A stretch of DNA of 64,000 nucleotides from Octopus bimaculoides. Taxonomy: Eukaryota. The stretch lies in contig NC_068986.1 in the NCBI RefSeq assembly GCF_001194135.2, positions 88,923,895-88,987,894 on the forward strand, given 5' to 3'. Shown piece by piece: positions 26,106 through 39,979 of the stretch. Positions within the stretch are counted from its first letter, which is position 1, and every line of letters starts with the position of its first letter. Under the pieces are notes generated by a model. The model made no database searches. It was not told where the DNA came from and saw only the letters and a program-made list of their open reading frames with translations. The position numbers were made by a program, and so were the translations under genes.

Positions 26106-26367
26106 TTGTTGCTGTTGTTATTAATATTATTTTTTTTTCAATTATTATTATTATTATTATTATTACTATTATTGTTGTTGTTGTTGTTGTTGTTATTATT
26201 ATTATTTTTATTATTATTATTATTATTATTATTAGTAGTAGTAGTAGTAGTAGTAGTATTATCATTATTATTATTATTAATAGTAATAATAATATTATTA
26301 TTATTATNNNNNNNNNNNNNNNNNNNNNNNNNNNNNNNNNNNTAATAATAATAATAATAATAATATT

Positions 26368-26439
<72 letters not shown>

Positions 26440-26440
26440 T
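25690..26440. repeat. Compound trinucleotide microsatellite (CTT, ATT, AAT, AGT, GTT) spanning a gap
   Basis: Directly visible. Confidence 0.97.
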
Positions 26441-26441
26441 A

Positions 26442-26570
26442 AGGCGACGAGCTGGCAGAATCGTTAGCGAGCTGGATGAAATGCATAGCGGTATTTCGCC
26501 CGTCGCTACATTATCAGTTCAAATTCTGCCGAGGTAGACTTTGCCTTTCTTCCCCTCGGAGATAATAAAG
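26442..26570 (+). mobile_element. Family-A SINE, 3'-truncated
   Basis: GGCGACGAGCTGGCAGAATCGTTAGC...AGTTCAAATTCTGCCGAGGTAGACTTTGCCTTTC. Confidence 0.85.
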
Positions 26571-27084
26571 TTTTGGTGATCCCAAACGAAGGTGCGCGTG
26601 TGTATGTGGGAATGTGTGTGTGTGTGTGTGTGTGTGCGTGGATAGGGGCTGGTGACTTAGACGTATATGGATGTGGCGTGCCTAGGTGTGTGTGTCTGTA
26701 ATGTATGGGTGTGTGTGGATGATGGTGTGTGGCTGTGCGGATGATGGTGTGTGGTGTGGGTGCTGAGAAGTGGTCAGTGCTGGTATGTGTGGAGTGGTGT
26801 GGGCTGGTGTGATGAGGGGTGGTGTGATGAGGGGTGGTGTGATGAGGGGTGGGATAGTATGTTACGTGGTGTGGTGTAGTACGGTATGGGAGTGTGGGGA
26901 TGTAGGGTAGGGGTTGTAGTTGGAGGAGAGTATGAATGAAGAGAGATGGTGGGTAGGATTCAAGAGAGGAAGTATATATATAATCGTTATTATTGTTAGT
27001 AGTAGTAGTATTGTATTATTGATGTGATGTATTGTCATTGTTTTTCCTGATTTTGTCAGTTGTTTTTTAATCCCACGTTAAACT

Positions 27085-27270
27085 TGATCCAGAAATCATA
27101 TATGCTCAGGGCCATTCCAGCCCATTCCATTAGGTCTTTCATTCATTCTTTTGTTTTTCTTTCTTTTCAGACCTAGTATACCTTGGTGTACATAACATAA
27201 TGCTTCCCCCTAGTTATGTTATGACGGCAGAGTGTGGTTTGAGGGGAATTTGACTGCTACACCTAACACT
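27085..27270. repeat. Dispersed repeat family F (unclassified); related pieces at about 170-205 (inverted), 1310-1362, 34915-35085, 35445-35540 and 35805-35861
   Basis: Recurrent GTGTG(G/A)TTTGAGGG..ATTTG.CTGCTA-like motif and GATCAAAG..ATTCC motif. Confidence 0.5.
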
Positions 27271-28225
27271 TCTAATGGTAATATAGTTGGACGTACGATT
27301 CATCATATTTTTGTTGATGGGGTTGCGATTGCTGCTGACGTCGTGAAACATTGTGACATGTAGTCATATCCATTAATATTTGTGTTTCGAATCTAAACAG
27401 GTCTTTTCAATGTATCTGAGCCCATAACACATATGCTAGTCAAGTAATAAACAGGCCTGTTATCGCCGAAAATAACATTATAATTGCTATCAGTAGCAGC
27501 GTTTTTATCATCATCATCATCATCGTCATTATTATCATCATTATTGTCATCATCGTCGTCGTCGTCGTCGTTGTCATCACCATCGACATGATTTTTAGCA
27601 GCAACAACAGCATCGTAATCTTCGTCATCATTGTCGCTGTCTATATTGTCTCCGTCGTTGCTGTCAGCGTCGTTACAATCATTATTGTCATCATCATGAT
27701 CATCGTAATCACCATCATCATCAGCAGCATTTTCATCATTATAGTTAGAAGTACCACCATTATTCTCATCATCGTTATTGTGGTGATCCTTTTCCTCAGT
27801 CTCATCATTATCCTCACCGTCCCCACCATCAGTATTGTCGTTATCCGCTTCATGATCGTCGTCGCAGCCGCCTTCGTTATCGCCTTCAAAGTTCGTAGAG
27901 TGACGGACAAGCTGTCTTGCAGTGTTTAGTCACCGTTCGCTACATTCTGAATACAAATTACAACGAGATCAATATTGCCTTTGGTCAATTAAGAACCAGC
28001 CAAGCACTGTGATCCATTAAATCGACTAGACACCCTTATCACCAGCTCCCAACTCCTTTTGTTATATTAGTAGAAATGACTGAGTTCCAATATTAACCTT
28101 TCATATTTACGGCAATCCTTAAATAATGTTCTAGCCAAGAATTGGAATTCAGGATTTCCCATTCTACTCATTATTTGAATTCTTGATCTTGTTCCAGTCT
28201 TGGAAAAATAATAAGAGCAATGGAT

Positions 28226-29290
28226 TGGCAGAATTGTTAGAGTCTTAGACAAAATGCCTTGCGCTATTTGTTCCGGTTCTTTTCATTACGAGTTCAAATC
28301 CCACCGAAGCGAACTTTGTCTTCTTTACTTGCTATGTTTCTAAAATTAAATACCAATCAAGCCTCCCGGGACATTATTCTCTTGGGCCTTGAAATCTACG
28401 ATTCGTAGGGCCGGTTACCTTGTTTCCTTAACGTACACGTTACCGAAATTACAGCCATCTCCCCGAGCGGGATGCCAGTTTGTCGCAGGGTTACTGAGTC
28501 GATGGAGCAACGCGGATTAAAGGGTTTTGCTCAACAACATATCGCAACTGCCCTGTCTGGAAATCGAAACCACGATCTTACGAGCGACACCCTAACCACT
28601 AAGCCAGGCACTTTTTGATTAGCAGCCAATTGATTATTACTTCCCTGCATTTTCGTGGTCTTCTGCCAATGTTAAAAGGTTATCGAGCAGAAGCATTAGA
28701 GCGTCGGACAAAATGCCTTGAAGTATTTAGTCACTATCATTTACGTTCTGAATTCAAATGAATCCGAAGTCGCTTCTGCAGTTCATCATTTCAATGGTGA
28801 TAAAGTGTCAGTCAAGCACTGGGTCGATCCAGACTAATGCTTTACAGGTCTTTCAAAGCATTACAGGTCTTTTACGAAGCATTACTAATAATAAAAGAAA
28901 TCATGGTAAAAATGCTTTAAGATATTTTTGGCAGTTCCTTACTCTGTGATTTCAAATTGAGCTGATGCCGACCCTAACTTTTATACACTGAGGGTCGATA
29001 AAATAAGTACCAGTTGAGCCGACTTACTTCCTCCTCAGAAACTGCTAACCTTTGCTAAAGCTTTAAAACATTATTATTACTACTGAAGTGGCAAACTGGC
29101 AGAATCGTTAGCACACCAGTGAAAACGCTTAGCAGCATTTCGTCCGTCTTTATGTTCTGAGTTCAAGTCCCGCTGAGGCCGACTTTGTCTTTGTTCCATT
29201 CTATGAAATAACTACCAGCTGCGCACTGTAATCGACTATCCACCCTCCCCAAAATTTCAGACCTTGTGCTTATATCAGAAGGGATTATTA
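28226..29290 (+). mobile_element. Cluster of four diverged family-A SINE copies (28226-28361, 28680-28850, 28940-29080, 29085-29290)
   Basis: Repeated GAGTTCAAAT-like B-box and GGTCGATAAAATAAGTACCAG-like body. Confidence 0.7.
28408..28611 (-). mobile_element. tRNA-derived CORE-type SINE with a different 3' region
   Basis: Reverse complement: TGGCTTAGTGGTTAGGGTG...GGTTTCGATTTCC...GTTGTTGAGCAAAACCCTTTA, then ACCCTGCGACAAACTGGCATCCC. Confidence 0.65.
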
Positions 29291-29295
29291 TCATT

Positions 29296-31730
29296 AGTTT
29301 TCATATACACACAACAGATTTGGAAAAGAAAAAGTCCTAACATGGGGCTGCAGTAAGTAACTTTTGATGCAAAGATCCCTCCTAAGTATCCTAGCTGTCC
29401 CTAATAATATTGTTTTCTGGAGCTGTACTAAACTGGGTTTTATGCCTATTTCCTTTATCCATCTGTTCAAATAGTTATGCACCTATAACTATAGGGATAT
29501 ATTTTACCCACACTTTCCATAGTTTCTGTAATTCAATGGCTAGGCCCTGGCACTTTGTTATTTTTCTATACCCCCCATATTGATTTTTCATCAATTGGAA
29601 CTGTAAAGTTAATTATCTGACACTTTCCATTCTCTTTATCTACTACTACTAAATCAGGTTTTCTAGCTTTTATTAATTTGTCAGTCTGAATGTTAAAGTC
29701 CCGCAACATATTTCTTACTTTCTAGTATTTCACAAGGTTCATGTTCATGCCATTTATCAGTATGTTCAAATCCTAGGTTTCTACATAACTCCAAGTGGAT
29801 TACTCTCCCTAGATTCTCATGTTTTTTCTTGTATTCTTTCTGTGCTAGCATGCTCCACTCACTTTGTCTATGAGTAACACTTTCCTCTTTTGATTTGCAT
29901 AGCCTACATTGTAAATTTGCTTGGTTTTTGTTTATCTTGACTTTATCCATTTAGTCCTTAAATCTTGATCTAATGCTGCTACCAACAAACTTTCTGTCTC
30001 CATTTTCAGCCTTTCTTTCTACACCACAACCATATATCACTGCTAATATTTGTTGCAACTATCTTTGGGAATCTACCGTGCAAAGCCTTCTCCAGCCAGT
30101 CAGATAACTTCTGTTCTTTTTTCTGGTTTCCTTATGTTTTGCTGTTACTCTTGCAACTTTTAATAAACTTTCTTCACTATTCCCTATATAGGAGTTTATA
30201 TACACCCTAGCTAACTCCATACAGTCTTCTACTGATATCAACCCTCTTCCGCCCTCCTTTCTAGGTAAGTATAATCTTGCTACTCTTGTCCTTGGCTGGA
30301 GTCTTCCATTCATATTGAATTCCTTCTTAGTTCTTCTGTCTAGCTTTGCTAATTCAGTTTTTGTCCAATCTACAAAAGCTGCTGAGCATCTAAGTAATGA
30401 TATTGCCCAAGTATTTACAGCTTTCACTAAATTCGGACCAATTTGCTTTGACTTCATTAAGTTCCTCAAACTTCTGATGTATTCCTTCTCAATTTTCGTT
30501 TTCATTTCTATAGTTAGTATTCTGTCAGATTGTAATACTTCTTATAACTCTCTCCTCCTTTCAATGATTTTCATGTCTGGCCATCTGGTCATTGGATGCC
30601 TTCGCTGTTGACTACCTGTCCCCTTCTCGTAATTAATATTGTACACTTATCTATGCCAAATTCCATGCCTGTATCTTTGCTGTATCTTATCAATGGGTGT
30701 GGGATCATGTCATAGGCTTTCCTATAATCTATCCATGCTATAGTTAGATTTTTCTTTCTATCTTTTACTTCATTTAAGACTGCTTTGTCTATGTATAATA
30801 GATCATGAGTTTCTCTGGCCTTCTTCCTGCAACCTTTCCGTTTTCTAGCAGTAAATTCTGGTCGTCAAGGTGCTCTTAAATGCTTTCTGAAAGCATTCCT
30901 GCTAATAGCGTCCATACTAATGGTAAGCAAGTGATTAATCTATAATTGCTGTCTGTATTACACTTGCTTTTATCTTTCCTAAGGAATATTGTTCTCCCTC
31001 TAGTCATCCAATCTGGTATTATTCCTCCATTCAGACAATCCTAAAGTTGTTCCCTAAGCCTTCTATGTAAACTACTAAATTTCTTTAGCCAGTACCCTTG
31101 AACTACATCTGGTCCTGGACCCTTCCAATTCGGCATTTTTCCTCACACTCTTACTCATTAATGCATTAGTTAGTCTTAGATCTGCCTGCTTCTCACTCAC
31201 TATTTCTTCCCTCACTTTCTTTAACAATACTGCATCTCCATTATGATTGACTGGCTTATCCAAAATAAATACTCTAGAACTTTCCAGCTTCTTCTTCATT
31301 AGGTTTCTCATCTTCGGTACTTCGTTCTCCACTATTTATTTGGTTATAAAATCTCTTCTGGTCTGTCTCAAATAACCTGTTCTGTTGATATTCATCTATT
31401 CTTCTCTGATATCTAGAAAGCTACTGCTATGATACGCTGTTTCAACTTTTCTATGACTCTCCCAAATCCTTCCTCTTTGAATAAGTATCTGTTCTCAAGA
31501 GAAGATTTGCATCTTCTGTTTCATAACTTGTTCAGTTTCCAGTCTTCTATTTAACTCAGATCTTTTCTTAGTCTTCGCTTTTTTTCGTAATCCCTTTTTC
31601 TACATTTCTTTAATATTTCCCTGTTGGGTATTTCATTTTCTAGTAACTACTCCTCTTCCTGCATAGATCAATAGGTTAGTGTCTCCTATAGTTTTAGTAT
31701 CAATCCTACTGCTAAAAAATATACATTGCT
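29296..31730 (-). mobile_element. R4/Dong-clade RLE non-LTR retrotransposon, 5'-truncated and decayed
   Basis: Fragmented minus-strand translation: [108 protein letters not shown]. It ends in a TAATGATAATAA tail. Confidence 0.92.
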
Positions 31731-31789
31731 AGTCATACCTAGCAGCCAACCCTTCTTCTTCTCCTCCTCCTCCACCTCCTCTTCTTCTT

Positions 31790-31914
<125 letters not shown>

Positions 31915-31928
31915 CATTATTATTACTA

Positions 31929-31995
31929 GGACGGAGAGCTACAGAAACTCTAGCACGCCGGGCAAAATGCTTTGCGGCACTTCGTTTGTTAATAT
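31929..31995 (+). mobile_element. Family-A SINE head fragment before a gap
   Basis: GGACGGAGAGCTACAGAAACTCTAGCACGCCGGGCAAAATGCTTTGCGGCACTTCG. Confidence 0.7.
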
Positions 31996-32929
31996 CTGCA
32001 TTATTCGCTCTCTTTGGATATTTGNNNNNNNNNNNNNNNNNNNNNNNNNNNNNNNNNNNNNNNNNNNNNNNNNNNNNNNNNNNNNNNNNNNNNNNNNNNN
32101 NNNNNNNNNNNNNNNNNNNNNNNNNNNNNNNNNNNNNNNNNNNNNNNNNNNNNNNNNNNNNNNNNNNNNNNNNNNNNNNNNNNNNNNNNNNNNNNNNNNN
32201 NNNNNNNNNNNNNNNNNNNNNNNNNNNNNNNNNNNNNNNNNNNNNNNNNNNNNNNNNNNNNNNNNNNNNNNNNNNNNNNNNNNNNNNNNNNNNNNNNNNN
32301 NNNNNNNNNNNNNNNNNNNNNNNNNNNNNNNNNNNNNNNNNNNNNNNNNNNNNNNNNNNNNNNNNNNNNNNNNNNNNNNNNNNNNNNNNNNNNNNNNNNN
32401 NNNNNNNNNNNNNNNNNNNNNNNNNNNNNNNNNNNNNNNNNNNNNNNNNNNNNNNNNNNNNNNNNNNNNNNNNNNNNNNNNNNNNNNNNNNNNNNNNNNN
32501 NNNNNNNNNNNNNNNNNNNNNNNNNNNNNNNNNNNNNNNNNNNNNNNNNNNNNNNNNNNNNNNNNNNNNNNNNNNNNNNNNNNNNNNNNNNNNNNNNNNN
32601 NNNNNNNNNNNNNNNNNNNNNNNNNNNNNNNNNNNNNNNNNNNNNNNNNNNNNNNNNNNNNNNNNNNNNNNNNNNNNNNNNNNNNNNNNNNNNNNNNNNN
32701 NNNNNNNNNNNNNNNNNNNNNNNNNNNNNNNNNNNNNNNNNNNNNNNNNNNNNNNNNNNNNNNNNNNNNNNNNNNNNNNNNNNNNNNNNNNNNNNNNNNN
32801 NNGGATGGGGAGGGGAGGGGGAGGAGGTGGTGGTGGAGGAGTGAAAGGGGCGACGGCTACAGAGAGAGAAGGAGTTGAGATGAAGAAGAAAAGTAAAGAC
32901 AAGAGTGATAATGCTAAATGCAGATTGAA

Positions 32930-32930
32930 G

Positions 32931-33017
<87 letters not shown>

Positions 33018-33082
33018 TGACAGACAGATAGATAGAGAGAGAGACAGAGAGACAGAGAGAAACAGACAAAAGACAGACAGAC

Positions 33083-33145
<63 letters not shown>

Positions 33146-33155
33146 AAAAGAAAGA
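32930..33155. repeat. (GATA)n(GACA)n(GAAA)n compound tetranucleotide microsatellite
   Basis: Directly visible. Confidence 0.97.
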
Positions 33156-35552
33156 CGACTACTATTGGCAAGCAAACCGATATACAGACAGACATACAAA
33201 CAAATAAACGACAGATAGAGAGATAAGGAGAGACAGAGAGGCAGAGAGAGGGTGAGAGTGAGAGAGAGAGAGAGAGAGAGAGGGGGGAGAGTGAGAGACA
33301 GAGACAGAGACCGAGAGATAGAGAGTAAAGGAGAAAGGTATATAGTGAGTTGAAGTTGGAGGGATTTAAGAGATTTTGTTAATTCTTGTGGCCGGTGTCA
33401 TCGGGATAATTGTAATTGGACGTTATTGTTACTGTTGTTATTCATGTCCTCGTTGCCATTGCTACGAAGGTATTGGTTTTAGGGATGTGGGCTGTTGATG
33501 GTGTTGAAAGGAATGGTAGCTGGCGAGGATGGTTGTCTTACTTTAAGTTGATGATGATAGGACGATGATGATGATGGTGGTGGGAGGAGAGTAGCGGTGA
33601 TAGGGATGTTATTTAGACCACGATCAATCTCATATTAATCAGATCTTTGGCAGCATACTTTCTGGCTGGCTGCTACTGCTACTGCAGTTGTTGCTATTGC
33701 TGCTGCTGATGCTACTGGTGCTACTGCTGCGGCTACTGCTGCTACCTCCCGCACCGCCGCCGCCGCCTCCGCCACCTCTACCACCGATGATGTTGATGAT
33801 GATGACGATGTCATCGTTAGTATTATTGTCATTCTTGTTAATATCCACGTGATACCTGGTACCAGATCGGCACTTATCGAATATCTAATCTACAATCTAA
33901 AATATTACATTGATTATCCACTATATTTATATGCTCAAGTCCTGATGGTGGTGGTGTTGGTGGTGGTGGAAGTGGTGGTGGTGCTGCTGTTGGTGTTGTT
34001 GGTGTTGAAAATATTGCACCAGTGTTTTATCATTGTTTCCGTCAGAAACGAAAGGTTAGTTTCAGTGAGATCTTCTTAGATCTTACAAAAATGCTAGATG
34101 CATCTCAGATAGTTAGTCTTTGATCGCAGACGTCGCATGACTGCTTGTAACAGAGTTGGGCCCCTACCGACCCATCGCCGCCAAATGTTTGTCATGTATC
34201 TATACAAATAGGTGCAAATCTAATCAAAGTAATTTCAGGCAAATAACTACTTTTAACTACTTTCCCTCAGATATAAATACTTTTTCTCTATGCAATCTGT
34301 GTTTCTCCAAGAGCAGGACACTGCTTTGAGGCGATACGCTTTAGTCCCAAAGTTCATCACAGGTGCTGCTGTTAGAACGCTAGAAACCATTACAGATATC
34401 ACAAAGCAGCTTTCCCAAACCCATCTTACACTCTATGTTGATACTTTATTTATCGACCTCGAAAGAATCAAAGGCAAAGTTGACCTCGGCAGGATCTGAA
34501 CTCAGAAAACAGGTAGTCGGAACAAATACCGCGAGTCATTCAATGAAATGGTCTTACGGTTCCACAAGCTGAAACTGCTGACGATACCCAAAGACCAGTA
34601 GGGATGTTGAACAGGCTGACCGATTAATTCAGCCACCCAAGAACTGGAACGAATCCACCACCCTCTTCCACGAACGGTCTTGCACAGTTTCCGCCAACGA
34701 AATTTCACACACAAGACTGCTTTATGACTGTCGTACAAAACATTTTCCCGTGATACCGCACTGTGGAGCTGAGGATGAATAGGTGTTCTTATTACGAAGT
34801 TTCTTAGTCTCACAGATATGTTTGCAACCCAAACATGTCTGATAATATTAGTGGGTGTAAGTTACAAAAGCATTCTTCGGGGTATGATGCTCGGTGGCCA
34901 TATTTATAATATAGGTTAACATCCAGAATCAGCCCTACCTATACAGATCAAAGACGTTCCCGCTATCACCATGCCGTTTTTCTGAAAGTTCATCTCAGAC
35001 TACATTATTTAAAATAACATTCAGGGTTTTCCAAAGAGAGTATGGTATGATTTGAAAAAGTATTGACTCTAAATTTTGGTAATTACGAATGTGTTTATAT
35101 CAGACGTCACTCATGCAAATATTAGCAAAATGGTGTACATTTGATAGGTAGTGGGATAGGGGAAATTGTAGTGGTGGCTAGGATTGTGGTAGTGTTGAGG
35201 GCAATAGTGAGGATGGCGGTAGTGGTGTTGGTGGAGCGGTTGATAAGGATGTGTTAATGGTGACATTAAGTTGACTGTTAGTGGTAGTGCTGCGTGTATA
35301 TTGTTCCGCTCTGGATCAGTCATAATTGAGCTGACCTACGTTCAATGATATTCTAACCGTGACGATCCAGCCAATTTGTACGAACAGCACTACACTATAC
35401 AGACTGCATTATGAATGATGTGACTGTACGTGTCAGCTATTGTCGTTTTCGTTTAACCCCTGAGCAGTTATGATTAAGAAGATAATTATACGATCAAAGA
35501 TATCCCATCCGTGACCAGCTAGCGTTGTGTATATCTCGCAACGTACTCTTTC

Positions 35553-35770
35553 TTATTTCTTTATTGCTCACAAGGGGATAGACACAGAGGGAACAAACGA
35601 ATTAAGTCGATTACATCGACCCCAGTGTGTAACTGGTACTTAATTCATCGACCCCAAAAGGATGAAAGGCAAAATCGACCTCGCCGGAATTTGAACTCAG
35701 AACGTAAAGACAGACCAAATACCGCTAAGTATTTCGACCGGCGTGCTAACGATTCTGCCAGCTCGCCGCC
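35553..35770 (-). mobile_element. Family-A SINE (A1 tail), near full length
   Basis: Reverse complement of 20376-20608. Nearly the same as 61245-61476. Confidence 0.92.
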
Positions 35771-35861
35771 ATGCAATATACTCATTCTCCTTAAAGAAAG
35801 TGGACTGTAATTTGAATGACTTTAGGCTATCCTTTCTAGCGAATCGAAGGACCGTTTAGAG

Positions 35862-36106
35862 CAGTGTTTCTCAGCCTTTTTTGGCCTATGGACCACTTTG
35901 CTTCCTATTTTAGGGCCTCCATAACCATTCACTGCGTATAAAAGAAAAGAAAAAAACTTATTGTATTTTTATATTGTAAGAAAACGTATTTAAAAAAAAT
36001 TTAATATTTTGTGTATTGTACAACCAATTTATTGCAGATAAATTTTGACAATAAAATCTTATATCGACACCCAAAGGGCCATATGAACCTTGGTTGAGAA
36101 TCCCTG
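35862..36106. mobile_element. hAT (Charlie-like) non-autonomous MITE, 245 bp
   Basis: TIRs CAGTGTTTCTCAGCC (35862-76) and GGTTGAGAATCCCTG (36092-106). The 8-bp TSD GTTTAGAG/TTGTAGAG resembles the Charlie NTCTAGAN preference. Confidence 0.8.
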
Positions 36107-37639
36107 TTGTAGAGGATTCATTTGGTTCATGATAAGGGTTGTAGCGTTGGTTGTAGAATTAGTGATTACGTTATTTTAATCGGTGATACTAGTGGCAGTG
36201 AAAGGATTAATATTTAAGTTGTATCAACAGTGTTGTTAGTGTGAATAAAATCGGTGATTCTAACAGTAATGATAACTATGGTATTGTTGTAATTGTGTGT
36301 GTGTTAGGCGGGTGGGGGGTTATTGTAGTGATGTTGGAATCATAGTTGTTTTGTAGCGGTGGTAGAACGCGGCAGCGATGGTGGTGGTGGGGGGTGGAGG
36401 TGATGATGCAGAGAAAGATCAATGGAACTGCTCATGCCCTTTGATGGATACCGGTAACAAGGAAATATNNNNNNNNNNNNNNNNNNNNNNNNNNNNNNNN
36501 NNNNNNNNNNNNNNNNNNNNNNNNNNNNNNNNNNNNNNNNNNNNNNNNNNNNNNNNNNNNNNNNNNNNNNNNNNNNNNNNNNNNNNNNNNNNNNNNNNNN
36601 NNNNNNNNNNNNNNNNNNNNNNNNNNNNNNNNNNNNNNNNNNNNNNNNNNNNNNNNNNNNNNNNNNNNNNNNNNNNNNNNNNNNNNNNNNNNNNNNNNNN
36701 NNNNNNNNNNNNNNNNNNNNNNNNNNNNNNNGGTGGTGGTGGTGGTGGCTGCGATGGTGGTGGTGGGTGTGGTGGTGGGTGTGGTGGTGGTATTCCGCTC
36801 TAGCTATTGAAACCTGATAATGAAAAGGAGTGGACGGTACGAATAAACTCACGAACGCAATCGCAAACAAACACACTTACACACTCACTCATGCGCGCGC
36901 ACACACAAAAGCCATTCATCCACACATACAAGGAGGATAGGAAGAGGGAGAAGTTCAGAGGTGGACAGCCAGATAGACAGACAGACAGAGAGACAGAGAC
37001 AGATAGGCAAGCCAGATTTTGGTGACAGCAAGAGACAGAGAGGGAAATTAGAGAGAAAGAAGAGAGAGAGAGAGAGAGAAATAAGGGGAGATGAGAAGGG
37101 GATAGCGACATAAGTTGGGAAGTGTAAGCGATGGAGTCTGCAATCCTGTTTACGGCCTGTTTAACGACAGGCGTTGATCAGGCGAGCTGTTAGCACATAA
37201 GTGTACTTAAGCGGAAAACTTATAAATCTCCACTGTGTAATGAAGTCATTGTCCACCACGACCATTACCATCGCCACAATCACTACCACCACCACCACCA
37301 CTACCAACACCACCAGCAACATCAACATCGGCTCCGTCTTCATCACCACAGTGAGCTTAAACAACCCCAACAACCACTAATATAACGATCACCATTTTCA
37401 CCAATATTATCACTCACTACGTCACCGTCACAGAAAAGACCACTACCCTCTTAACATTACTAATTACCACCGACACCAACGTCTTTATGAGATATATTTG
37501 TTGTTCTACAGTAGATATTTTGCAATAATTTTCTCTATACGTTGAAAACAACGATATTTCTCTGTTAAATTGTGAATGGTGTGAATAAATCATTACTGGT
37601 ACAACTGGAGTATTGACCCACATTAACTTGTTTTTGACG

Positions 37640-38900
37640 TTAGTCCTCTTTTAAGGATTATACCATGACATCAGCAATATTCATTCTTGATATTTTCTTT
37701 CATTTTTGTCTTTTATTTTCAACTCTCTTCATTTATTTCTATTTAGCCTGATATTGTTGATATTATGAGTTTCCTGATTTCAAATTTCTCTTATCGTTTT
37801 TTTTTTAAGCGTATTTGTGTACTATCAGTAACAGAATTTTCATTTGTTTATCGTCTGCAACGTACAAGTTGAAGACATCGATATACAGAATATAATTTAC
37901 TGTCCACCCATAGTATTTTGAATGGAGTCCAGTATAGGTTAACATAATTTTAAAGTTATAGAGGTACAGAATTGTCTTTCGTACAGGAGTGATAATCCCT
38001 TTCATAATTCTCACTTTTGCATATATACGTACAAAATCGTGTAGTTTGACCGGGAGTAAGTTTTCTGAAATCCACTAGTCAGAGTCTTTATCTGTCCTCG
38101 ATACATTTTAGTCGTTAACCTTTTCCAGCATTTGGGTTACTTTCTAACTCATGATTATATTTAGAGATATAACATCTGAATTAGTAGCAACAGCCTCATA
38201 TATATGCTACTATTATATTGATGTACTTCCATTACTTTTACAAAACAAGCCTTCTTATACTCGGTCCAGCATGACAGGTTTTGCTTAATTTTCTAAACTC
38301 TATCTCTTTAGCATAATGTTACAAGTGATATGCAATGGCCCAATGGTTAGGGCAGCGGACTCGGGGTCATAGGATCGCAGTTTCGATTCCCAGACCGGGC
38401 GTTGTGAGTGTTTATTAAGCGAAAACACCTAAAGCTCCACGAGACTCCGGCAGGGGACGGTAGCGAACCCTGCTGCACACTTTCACCACAACTTTCTCTC
38501 ACTCTTTCTTCCTGTTTCTGTTGTACCTGTAATTCAAAAGGTCAGCCTTGTCACACTGTGTCACGCTGAATATCCCCGAGAACTGCGTTAAGAGTACACG
38601 TGTCTGTAGAGTGCTCAGCCACTTGCACGTTGATTTCACGAGCAGGCTGCTCCGTTGATCGGATCAACTGGAACCCGCGACGTCGTAAGAGACGGAGTGC
38701 CAACAACAAGTGTTATGATAGTCTTCTCCTTCCAGATTTCTCTAGGCGTATTATTATAATCTAACTTTCTATCAGTTATTCAGGTCACTTGCAGTGTACT
38801 ATTTTGTTTCCTTTTCCGAATCTTGGAATCATTCAGTACACTCTAATCAACAAGGTGCTGGTCTAGTTCATAGTATTATTTGAGTATATACCTTTCCACA
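37640..38900 (-). pseudogene. Highly decayed LINE reverse-transcriptase relic, interrupted by a family-D SINE
   Basis: Isolated minus-strand motifs PREIWKEKTIITL (across the SINE), LVDFRK and FNLYVADD occur in RT order. Confidence 0.35.
38328..38705 (+). mobile_element. tRNA-derived SINE (family D) with TSD
   Basis: Colinear with 19600-19980. ACAAGTG occurs at 38321-38327 and 38706-38712. Confidence 0.92.
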
Positions 38901-39738
38901 ACAGCAATTAGATTGTTTTTTGTAAAGACCCATTTATCTGATTAAAAAAATTTTTTGGGGAGAGTATGTTACAGATTACTTTCACTGTCTGCCTGCAGAA
39001 GATCGACATCCCAGGTGCCTGAATCAGTGAGCAAATTCTGAAGAAACTGATGAAGAGCATAAGGCAAATGCTGAAGAAACTGATGAAGTGCAAGAAGAAT
39101 AGAGAAATGGTGTCCTGGTTAAGGAGTTGATATGTGGCGATTAACTAAACAGCAAAATTATTAACATTTACCTAAATGATACAGAATACCAATAAATCTA
39201 TCAACTGCTAAAGTTGAGGTGCACCGAGGATGTGGGAGGCTCTATAGTTTGATACTGACTGGTAAGTTCGAAGAATGTAATTCGAAGATTATCATCGAAC
39301 AGGAAGTCGGACAGCATCACGGTTTTCTCACCATATACATGTGTGACTATATCGATATTTTTCTTCCCTTTCTCTATCAAAACGTTTAGCCTTTTTAGTA
39401 TATGGTATCACATTTTGCCTCATCACCGAGTTTCACTTTATGTGTATAAATCCAAACAAATAGATAGATGAACTCTGATACACTGGTAGTCAGTATAATC
39501 TCGGATTTATGGAGATCATAAGATTTGCCTTAGTTGGAGGTCCTCCTGTAGGAGGAGGATTACACCTTCGTATGTTCACTCACTTGGTATTCTGTCTATA
39601 ATCTTATCTCATTTCACCGTCTTTTCTCCATTTTCTCACCTCATATTTTTTTTAAGAACCCATGCAAATTGTAAACTGCCTTTGTAATGTCTTCTTTATT
39701 TGATGACCAATAAAGAAATTACTCTTACTGTTGTCATA

Positions 39739-39958
39739 AGGCAGCAAGGTGGAGAGTCGTTAGCACGCTAGGAAAACTGATTAACGGCTTTTCATTCGTT
39801 CTTACGCTCTGAGTTCAAATTCCGCCGAGGTCGATTTTGCCCTTCATTGTTTCAGGGTCGATAAAATAAAGCAACAATTGAGCACTGGGATCGAGGCAAT
39901 CGACTTACTCCCTCCCCGAAATTCAGGCTTTGTGCCTATAGTAGAAAGGATGAATATT
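39739..39958 (+). mobile_element. Family-A SINE (A2 tail)
   Basis: GAGTTCAAATTCCGCCGAGGTCGATTTTGCCCTTCAT...GTAGAAAGGA. Confidence 0.85.
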
Positions 39959-39979
39959 ATTACTATTTTATTATTATTC

